Shown here: positions 8,636 to 17,000 of the stretch, piece by piece
Position numbering within the stretch: the stretch's first letter is position 1
Layout of the letters: each line of letters begins with the position of its first letter
Origin: Takakia lepidozioides
Taxonomy: Eukaryota; Plantae; Bryophyta
DNA: 17,000 bases
Assembly: GCA_030704615.1 (NCBI GenBank)
Contig: JAKLZA010000123.1
Location: forward strand, 1 to 17,000
Direction: 5' to 3'
Position numbers and translations under genes: made by a program
Notes under the pieces: model-generated
The model's input: only the letters and a program-made list of their open reading frames with translations
Told to the model about the DNA's origin: nothing
Database searches by the model: none

Positions 8636-10068
8636 ACTGGTCACAGCCGTCACAGTCCCACAGGCCACTGGGCACAGCCTGTCACAGCCCCTCACAGCTC
8701 GTCACAGCCTCAAAGGCGTCAGGCACAGCCTGTCACAGCCCCCACAGCCCGTCACAGCCCAAAGGCCATGGGCACGGCCTGTCACAGCCCCTCACACCGT
8801 CACAGCCTCAAAGGCCTCAGCACGGCCTGTCACAGCCCCCACAGCCCATCACAGCCCCAAAGCCATGGGCACAGCCTGTCACAGCCCGTCACACCCCACA
8901 GGCCTCAGGGCACAGCCTGTCACAGCCCCGCACAGCCCGTCACAGCCCAAAAGGCCCTGGGCACAGCCTGTCACAGCCTGACACAGCCCGTCACAGCCCC
9001 ACAGGGCACAGGCCCAGCCTTCACAGCCCTCACAGCCCTCCCCAGCCTCCCACAGCCTCAAAGGCCTCAGGCACGGCCTGTCACAGCCCATCACAGCCCC
9101 AAGGCCTCAGGCACGGCCTGTCACAGCCCTCACAGCCTCGTCACAGCCATCACAGCCCCAAGGCCTCAGGCGCGGCCTGTCACAGCCCCTCACACCCGTC
9201 ACAGCCCCAAGGCCATGGGCACGGCCTGTCACAGCCCGTCACAGCCCGTCACAGCCCCAAGGCCATGGGCACGGCTGTCACAGCCCCTCACAGCCCGTCA
9301 CAGCCCCAAAGGCCTCAGGCAGGGCCTGTCACAGCCCCTCACAGCCCGTCACAGCCCCAAAGGCCTCAGGCACGGCCTGTCACAGCCCCTCACAGCCCGT
9401 CACAGCCTCAAAGGCCTCAGCACGGCCTGTCACAGCCCCTCACAGCCCCCACAGCCTCAAGGCCTCGGGCACGGCCTGCCACAGCCCCTCACAGCCCGTC
9501 ACAGCCCCAAAGGCCAGGGCACGGCCTGCCACAGCCCCTCACAGCCCGTCACAGCCGCAAAGGCCTCAGGCACGCCTGTCACAGCCCCTCACAGCCCATC
9601 ACAGCCCCAAAGGCCATTGGCACAGCCTGTCACAGCCCGTCACAGCCCCACAGGCCTCAGGGCACAGCCTGTCACAGCCCCGCACAGCCCGTCACAGCCC
9701 CACAGCCTGTCACAGCCTGACACAGCCCCATCACAGCCCCACAGGGCACAGGGCACAGCTGTCACAGCCCATCACACCTGTCACAGCTTGCCACAGCCTG
9801 TCACAGCCCGTCACAGCCCGTCACAGCCGCAAAGGCCTCAGGCACGGCCTGTCACAGCCCCTCACAGCCCATCACAGCCCCAAAGGCCATGGGCACAGCC
9901 TGTCACAGCCCGTCACAGCCCCACAGGCCTCAGGGCACAGCCCGTCACAGCCCGTCACAGCTCGCCACAGCCTGACACAGCCCGTCACAGCCCTCACAGC
10001 CTCGCCACAGCCTGACACAGCCCCTCACAGCCCGTCACAGCTTGCCACAGCCTGTCACAGCCCCACAC
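8636..10068. repeat. Approximately 1.4-kb minisatellite built from a 10-bp GTCACAGCCC unit, with higher-order 50-60 bp blocks, in the 5' leader of element 1
   Basis: Continuous gtcacagccc/ctcacagccc/gcacagcct variants punctuated by aaaggcctcagg or aaggccatggg. Confidence 0.95.
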
Positions 10069-10559
10069 ATGGCCGCTCTGGCAGTTTAGCCATTTCTCCA
10101 AGGGATTTAGCCACGCCAAGCTAGGGTTTGTGTCTCTTGGACTCTAGGCTTCTTTCCACCGAGCTATGGTGGCTGTGAGGAAATCAGCAAGGTATCCTTG
10201 CTCTTTCGGCTCCCACACACCACCATAGTAGCCCTAAGCCATGAGGTGGTTGCCACAAACCAAGCCTTCTTTCTCACTTAGCCTCCCCAAACACGCCACT
10301 AAACTCAATGGCAAACAACCAAGCCCTGCTGGTTCCCAGCCCTTGTGAGCACTCATTCAAGCACTCCCCTCATTGGCCATAGCATCTGTCTTAGAGCCTA
10401 TTCCAGCCCTCTACACCTGTTGCTTCAAGAGTTGCGCTCCCTTCAAGCTTGAAGTTGAAACCCCAACTCACATAGGCCCTACAAGTGCTGTTCTTTCACT
10501 CCAAGTGGAAACCAGCCCTAGACCTTCCGTTCTAGCTCTCTAAGGCTTGAAAACAAGAG

Positions 10560-10930
10560 CCTCAATGGGCTGAAGGCATGCTCCACACATGCCCCACTCT
10601 CACCATAGGAGAATCAGCTCCTTTGCTTCATTTCTTGCACCCACAAACTTGATAATACAAGCTTCAGCAGGCTGAAAGCATGCTCTACATGCCCTACAGG
10701 GAAACAGCCAGCCCCTTCCTTCCTTTCTTGCACTCCCACACCTAAAAGTGCAAGCCTTCACCAGGCTGATAGCATGCTCCACACATACATTGCCCTCACA
10801 TAAGGGAAGTCAGCCCTTCCCTCTTCCTTGCTTGCCCTCCAAGCTTGAAGATGGAAGCTTCAATGAGCTGAATACATGCTCCACACATGCAACCTCTTCA
10901 CACAAGAGATATCAGCCCCCTATCTTGGCT
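10560..10930. repeat. Four degenerate tandem units of about 100 bp in the 5' leader
   Basis: Anchor GCTGAxxxCATGCTCCACACAT recurs near 10569, 10672, 10765 and 10867, each followed by a CAGCCCC/pyrimidine-rich block. Confidence 0.75.
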
Positions 10931-11428
10931 CCTTGGCTCCTTGATGCTCTCTATGACAAGACTAAGCACTCCATAGCCTTTGCCAAGCTCCTGAAACCCT
11001 AAGGCTTACATTTCCAGCCACAAGACTTCTCTTGTGGTGCAAGAGCTCTTCTTCCAAGCTCTGTAACCCTAGGTGCACATTCCATGGCCTTGCCGCACCT
11101 CTTAGCTCTGTTCCAGCCCTGCTCTCGCCATGACAAGAGCCCTCTCAATGCTGAAGCTCGAGATTGAAACCCAATCTCACCATACTCCACAAAGTGCACT
11201 GATTTGCCCCAAGCCAATCAGCCTTTCGCTTGGTCCTGCAGTATGGTGCTTTCATCTCTGAAGCTGAAGATCGAATGCCAAGGTTTACCACCTCGTAACC
11301 CACATCGCCTCCGCTTCTAACAACCAAGAGTTCCACGGTGCTCCTTGCATAACAACTTGGTTTCTCTCATTCTCAAGCAAAAACCACAAGTGCTACAACT
11401 AACTCGTATCTAGCACTCATAGATACGA

Positions 11429-11444
11429 GCTCATCTTTCTCGAG
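11429..11444 (-). promoter_or_regulatory. Primer-binding site, putative self-priming type
   Basis: Directly follows the CA end of repeat X on the minus strand. It lacks the TGG start of a tRNA PBS. 11429-11445 is the exact reverse complement of 11609-11625 inside X. Confidence 0.75.
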
Positions 11445-11771
11445 TGATAAAGAAGAAGAATACAAGCACAAGCTCATGCGAGCTCACAAAGCTGAAGCAT
11501 AAACTCATGCATATATAACCTCATCACTCAAATACAAGTCAAGCCAAGTGCACCCCACGCCATGGGGAATCCACACTACGGCGCCATAGCTAGGCGTGGT
11601 GAGGCTCAACTCGAGAAAGATGAGCCTCCCGCGCTTGCCGTGAAGATAACCACTCCAGGGCCTAAATCTGCTTTGACCCCTGGATTGACACTTGGGCCAA
11701 TCCCAAATGTCAATATGTAAAAGCTAGCTATTTCCTAGCTAGTTTCACACTAGTGGTAAAATAACTTGACA
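11445..11771 (-). repeat. Terminal repeat X, 5' copy (327 bp, TG...CA)
   Basis: Direct repeat of 348-665. It is not accompanied by repeat Y on its outer side. Confidence 0.95.
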
Positions 11772-12004
11772 CGGCAGAAAATGTTGCCTTCTGCCCCTCG
11801 TTAGGGGGCGACGCTTAGGCGTCGCACGGAAGGGCTCTTTTTGCCCTTCATCACCCGTGCGACAGCCAGGCGTCGCCGCCTGGCCCCGGTGCCAGGTGGC
11901 GACCCGTGGGTTGGCTGCGACGGCCCGACGTCGCACGCTCGGCGCCGGTGGGGCGTGGGGGCGCGGTTGACGTCGCAAACCCCCCCCCCCCATTTGTTGT
12001 AGTG
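11772..12004. mobile_element. CACTA (En/Spm) DNA transposon terminal fragment
   Basis: Ends ATTTGTTGTAGTG (11992-12004 = CACTACAACAAAT on minus). It has dense GCGAC/GTCGC subterminal repeats in both orientations. DNMT homology resumes at 12005. Confidence 0.8.
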
Positions 12005-12520
12005 ACCGCTACTGCATCCAATAGCACCGCCGATCCAATCCAAGACCGCACCTGATGCACACTGGCCATAACCCTGGCCCGAGAATCCCCCATAAGAGGA
12101 ACATTCTCCAAAATATAGCCTAGAGGTTGCACTTGCCTCGACTGCAAGTCCCGCAACACTCGCAACATCTCCCAAAACAAATGCGATCGTGCATCATGCA
12201 AGCCATTCCCATGACCTACGGGAGAGTGTCCTTGGCAAGGCCATCTGGCTATTCACCAAGTCAATGGAACCATGCCGGTCCAAATCATCCGCCCCCAGCA
12301 AGGTAATGTCTGCTGGCAAGGCCTTTTGATACCATTGAATTGCTGAGAGAGGCAACAACTCATGATATTGGTGTGTGAGCAAGGTGATGTGGTGCATAGA
12401 AATACGCCGAGCTATCTTATAAGATCCTTCCCCACTACAATTAATTTGCGTAGCTAAATCCCTGCTTGCAACACTCCTACAAGCGCCAGTGCTCATGCTC
12501 CAACAAGTCTAACAACAATC
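12005..12520 (-). pseudogene. N-terminal half of the DNMT3-like methyltransferase of element 2
   Basis: Degenerate LLDLFGGMSTG (about 12485-12515), YQKALPADITLLG, WP/CQG with a 1-nt insertion (about 12230-12250), FWEMLRVL and intact ILENVP. It is cut just before motif VIII. Confidence 0.88.
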
Positions 12521-12879
12521 CCTGAGTCAGGTGGTTGCCAAGTAATGGGCATTGTGTCCAAAGGAGCTAACTCAGGAGGTCCAGGTGATGTCACTGAACT
12601 CCCCTCACTCATCATGGAAAGGCCACATGCCATGCTTGGTGCACATATTCCCTGCTACTCGATAGGCAAATTCCCAACCGTACCCCACGTGGAATATGCA
12701 GCAGGCACATGAGAAGCAAATCAGCCTTGTATGCAATTGTTTTGTCCTCATTAGGTGATGGCCTATCATTTGCATGACTATTTGCCCTCCAAGAGCTCAC
12801 CACCCCAAGCCATCACCCCTGAAAATGCAGCCAATGTGGGCATCATGTTCCTATGATCCACCGCTACATTCCCAATAAA

Positions 12880-13300
12880 CCGTCACTGGGAGCGGTGCAC
12901 GTCAGCCATCTCCTGATTGCCATTCCGGCCTGTAGGGATTCGTTTCCCCTCCAAAAGTCCAGAGTGAATCCCATGGGCTAACACTGCCCCACCAGCAAGC
13001 ACATCATAGACAACATCGCTCAGTAACAATGGCTTTAGTTCATATGACTGAGCCGTCTCTAATGAACCGGCTGGCAATCGAATGAAGACTCATGGCGTGT
13101 AATCCCTCGCGCCTCCTCTGACCACCCAAAGATGTTTAATTTGAAAATGGCAAGAAGGCTCCAAATCCGCCTCTGTAAGGCCAAGCCTGTAATTTCTGCT
13201 CTCCCCAACATCAATGGCTGTGCTCCCGAGTCCAGCAAGACCGCGTAGTGGCCTATAACCCTCCTCCCGCTGGCACCTAACTGAAACACCACCATCCTGA
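12880..13300 (-). pseudogene. Aspartic protease of element 2
   Basis: VLLDSGAQPLMLG and YDVLAGGAVL. Confidence 0.8.
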
Positions 13301-13699
13301 TTGTCCACCGGACTACCCCAGAGTCACCATACTACGCTCATATGGCTGGTCTAGCTGGCAAACTCCTGCAACCTTGCAGCTGCACGCTTGCCATGGTGCA
13401 GCTGTGGTTGTCTTCACACCCCTGAGTCCAGGGCAATGCCCATGCACGGCACTTATCCCTATCCCCGCAGATAGTGCCGATGCAAATCACCACTCTCACG
13501 AGTCTAGTTGGGCTAATCTGAACATAGCAGCTGTGCCCGAATTCCCGGCATTGCAATTGCCATTGCAGAAAACAATGGAGTTTGACAATTGCCGTAGCCG
13601 TCCCCAACAATGTACTCACTGCACTGTCTTAGCAGCAAACCACCCACTGGCGTTTCCCCGAGCTACCACCAACGCTCCTCCACTCCTGGCATTCGTGGC

Positions 13700-15500
13700 T
13701 CTAACCCTGACACACTTGGGCGAGCGAATACCATCGATGGCGGAGTTGACATTGTCTTAGAGCAATGTGAAAAACTGTGGAAGCCTTGTCTGTCAACTTG
13801 TTTCCCCTCTTTGTAGTCAAATCCACATCTGCTCCTCTTGACTCAGAAGTACGCGTTGCTGCTCTGAGTGACAGCAGCTGCAGAGTCCACATGCATGGTC
13901 CTGCAAGTGCGGCTCCACACATAAGCCCATACAATCTGGTCTTTCCTAGGCATAGGAGGCTGTGTAGGTGGGGCTTGAAAACCTCAGGCCTGGAGCTGGT
14001 GCAACATGAGTATTGGCCATGGTAGCAAGACGTTGCTCTAGCTAGCAAGGTCTATCCACCACTGCCTTGTCATGACTTTGACCTTGACCTTGTACTCTTT
14101 GGTTTTGGTTACGACCTCCACCGCGACCTCTACCTCCTCTACTCTCTCTGGACTACATTGCTTCGTCGCTCGGCTACGCATTGTTCCCTTGGAACTATGC
14201 TGGCCGTAGCTCAAGATGCAACTCCTAACAAGGGGCTCTCCTCATGCATACTTGCCACAATGCCCACACTGTAGTTGTGTAGGCTGTGCCTGGGCCGGCC
14301 CTTTGCCTCTCTCTCTGGGCAATCTAGTTTACTCAGGGGTCCTCCACCATCCCTCTACATGTCACACACCCCGACTGTTGTTGGCCTGAGATGAGAAAGT
14401 GACCTCTCAATTGAAATCCTCTCTGTCCTTCCTGGGCTTCGTCCTGAGCCCCGCTTGTTGCCTTGAGCACGTTGGGGTAGTGTTGTTGTTGTTGCTAGAG
14501 CCCCACTTCTTTGTGTTTTCTTACAAACCCCACCATGATCACTCGCTCCTCCTCCACATATGAGCTCTATCCGCCTGGTCGCAGCAAAAATGTTTGCTCA
14601 GGTGGTTTGGTCCACATTGGTAGGAGAGTTGCTCCCGCACCCTTCTCCTCAGCTCCTTGCCAATATCCCATAGGCCATAATTGGACTGCTTGAGCTTCCG
14701 TAACCCTTTGGGTCACATTTATCAATCTTCTCATGCGCGTGTAAGCCTCCATCAAACTCTCAGTAGGCTTGTGGGGAACTCTTATAAGCTCCGCATTTCT
14801 TTCTCCGTCCTTATCCCCTGGTAGTTTCCCTCCTCAACTCCTCGAAGAACTCCACACTGGATTAAGGTAGGCACGGGTGGGCTGGTGCTGGTGCTGCAGG
14901 CAGAGCTTGAGTGGATTTCCCAGCTCCATCTTTACTTGTCCCACTACTAGTGCCTGCGTTTGGGATTTTGTGTAGCTGCTAGTTCGCCGTTGCCCCTTGT
15001 GGCTCTAGTGATGGAGACATAGTCAGGTTCGCAATATTTTCGGCCATCCTCAATCTCCACCTCATGTCCCCGGCCTAAACTCATGGTAGTCATCCATAGG
15101 CGGGGCCCTCAAGGTGCTGAAACAGCCCCTTCCACGCCATAATAACGCAAAACAGTTGTGGATTGCGCATCTGCTGGCAAATCACACAACTATTAAACTC
15201 TCTGTATGAAATCATCAAGCTCGATGGTGCCCACGATCCCAGTACCGACGTGGCCCCTTGGTAGCTCCATACATTTCCTTCATCTCGTATCCGCACACAT
15301 GGCACGGAAATGTTTGCACCACTCGGCGAGAATCATCCTAACTCTGAGTCTGAACCTTCTTCAGAATACACTGAAGGTGAAGTTGGTCTAAACCGCACAC
15401 CTCGTTTTGGTTACCCCTAGTATCGCTGGTGCTCGTACCGACACTCTCCTCAGCAACTGGTGGCACCTCCTGATGAAAACTCACACTCCAAACCCCGCTA
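13700..15500 (-). pseudogene. Gag of element 2 (heavily degenerate)
   Basis: QQMRNPQLF..MAWKGLFQHLEGP, EAYTRMRRLINVTQ and a knuckle remnant near 14225-14270 matching 7105-7146. Confidence 0.8.
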
Positions 15501-16199
15501 TCAACTTGTCTCTAATCCCCGCTTTCCACAAGGTAACCGGTATAGACTTGTTGTGCGCTTATGGTTTGGAATACAGTTTCCTAACTTGAACCTGCACGTG
15601 CACTTTCATCCACCCGCGGCACCCTATGGTCTGCTGGTCATCAACCCTCACTCCAGCTCTCATCATCCGACGCATCGTCTCTAGTAGGGTCCCACATATT
15701 TCCGGCACAACCACCTATAAAAGTAGCACCCAAACCAAACTAGCATGGCGCACAGTCAAGCATGCATGTGTGGGAGGAGGATCCAAACACAAGAAACTCA
15801 ACACAACACCCCGCCCACAGCTTAAATCATGCGATCTCCTTCGGCTTCAGTAACCTGCAAGATACCAAGCTCTATCCAAACTAGCTCTGCCTCCGCTTAC
15901 TGAAAGCTTTGGCCTACAAAGATGATGGAAAATATAGAGAAGGGAAGCTAAAGCAATCTCTAAGCCCAAAATGCTCTCATCCATTACTCCCTCGATTTTC
16001 AACACTATTCAACACTCTTGCTCGAGCAATAGATAAGACTATCCTTAAAGAACTTCTCAAATAACTCTCAAGAGCCCTCCAATTATTGTCATGAACTTCT
16101 GAAATCTGCCCTCAATCAGCCCCTAACATAGACCCACCGAGGTTCAAGAAGTTTGCAGACTTGGACTTCAAACAGTCCACAAAAGGCCCTAGGCACCCG

Positions 16200-16815
16200 C
16201 CAATTAGTGGCCACCAAGGTCTCCAACCAGCCCTCATAATGGCTCCACAAGCCTGCCCAATATGGCATCCAAGGACCTCCAACAGTCTTCCAAACAGCCC
16301 TTAAGAAGCTCCAAAATCTATCAAGTATTGGCCTCCAAGGACCTCCAACAGTCCTCCAACAGTCCTTAAGAAGCTCCTCAAATCTGCTAAGTATTGGCTT
16401 CCAAGAACCTCCAATAGTCCCCCAAATAGCTCTTAGAAAGTTCCATAAGCCTGCCCAATATGGGCCTCCAAGGACCTCCAATCGTCCTCCAACCACCCTC
16501 ACAAGGCTCCACATGCCTGCAAAACATTGGCCTCAAAGGACCCCAAATAGTCCTTCAACAGCCCCAAGCAGGCTCCACAAGCCTGCAAGATATTGGCTTC
16601 AATAGACCCCAAATAATCCTCAAAGCAGGCCCCAATACCTGCAAGATATTGGCCTCAATAGACCCCAAATAGTCCTCAAAGCAGGCCCCAATACCTGTAA
16701 GATATTGGCCTCAATAGATCCCAAATAGTCCTCAAACAGGCCCCAATACCTGCTAGATATTGGCCTCAATAGACCCCAAATAGTCCTCAAACAAGCCCCC
16801 ATAAGGCTCCAAAAA
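16200..16815. repeat. Tandem array of about 10 units, 56-67 bp each
   Basis: Anchor TTGGCCTC(C/A)A..GACC.C.AA.AGTCC near 16209, 16266, 16330, 16396, 16463, 16529, 16595, 16651, 16707 and 16763. Confidence 0.9.
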
Positions 16816-16832
16816 TATCCACAGTCAGTCGA

Positions 16833-17000
16833 TTTTTCATCCGTCACCAACCAAATTTAATCCAAAACCGTGATTTCTCATCCGCAGGTCTGATATTTCA
16901 TCCGCCACGATAGTTCATCCGTCGTGCGATATTTCATCCGCTGGCGCAGTTTCATCCGTTGCCGCGATTTTTCATCCGCTGCCACGATTTCATCCGCTGA
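16833..17000. repeat. TTCATCCG motif array (8 copies, mostly about 20-bp spacing), runs off the window
   Basis: Repeated (T)TTCATCCG cores with variable spacers. It resembles DNA-transposon subterminal repeats, but no terminus is visible. Confidence 0.75.

Larger units (their letters stand above)
159..11771 (-). mobile_element. Ty3/Gypsy LTR retrotransposon carrying a C5-DNA methyltransferase and an integrase-fused PHD finger, with split/permuted terminal repeats (element 1)
   Basis: Minus-strand ORF fragments give Gag-PR-DNMT-RT-RH-INT-PHD in Gypsy order (RT/RH before INT). It is bounded by repeats X (11445-11771 = 348-665) and Y (159-346 = 668-855). The outer termini read TGTC...GACA. No 4-6 bp TSD is visible (left flank CACCC, right flank CGGCA). 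Confidence 0.93.
12005..15590 (-). mobile_element. Older degenerate relative of element 1 (gag-PR-DNMT portion; element 2), interrupted by the CACTA insertion
   Basis: Colinear similarity to about 4945-8440. Examples are 15526-15575 vs 8381-8430, AYTRMRRLINVTQRVTEAQAVQ, LLDSGAQP and YILENVPLMGDSRARV. Confidence 0.9.

Noticed and set aside
8539-10015. Two long plus-strand ORFs (393 and 415 aa) rich in P/S/Q/H/T/A
   Set aside because: They are translations of the GTCACAGCCC minisatellite, which lacks stop triplets on this strand. They are open in overlapping frames and carry no domain signal.
159-11771. DIRS/Ngaro tyrosine-recombinase element, suggested by the split repeats
   Set aside because: RT, RNase H, protease and the HHCC-DDE integrase are Gypsy-type. 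No R-H-R-Y recombinase ORF is recognisable, and the methylase is C5-type rather than the DAM type of DIRS.
11802-11811. TAGGGGGCGA resembling the PPT
   Set aside because: It is on the opposite strand, is not followed by an LTR and is part of the GCGAC subterminal repeats of the CACTA fragment.
16116-16850. Minus-strand W/G/L-rich ORFs (132 and 76 aa)
   Set aside because: They are translations of the 56-67 bp tandem array.
16200-17000. Possible CRISPR arrays
   Set aside because: The units are degenerate tandem repeats without unique 30-40 bp spacers. There are no cas genes and the context is eukaryotic TE DNA.

Overview
This window is eukaryotic (probably streptophyte/plant-type) nested transposon DNA with no recognisable host gene. 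Most of it (159-11771, minus strand) is one Ty3/Gypsy retrotransposon with the domain order Gag (two CCHC knuckles), aspartic protease, DNMT3-like C5-cytosine methyltransferase, RT, RNase H, DDE integrase, PHD finger. The reading frame is broken by many small indels. Its terminal repeats are not a normal LTR pair. On the minus strand the layout is X - internal - Y - GC - X - T - Y, with X about 320 bp and Y 188 bp. This split-direct-repeat layout is what a 2-LTR circle would give if opened at the palindrome GACA-GC-TGTC inside the LTR. The primer-binding position is complementary (17/17) to a sequence inside the LTR rather than to a tRNA, which suggests self-priming. To the right are a CACTA transposon terminus (11772-12004), an older degenerate relative of the same methyltransferase-carrying Gypsy family interrupted by that CACTA (12005 to about 15590), and two tandem-repeat arrays. 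All calls are by eye from motifs and repeats; no database search was run.
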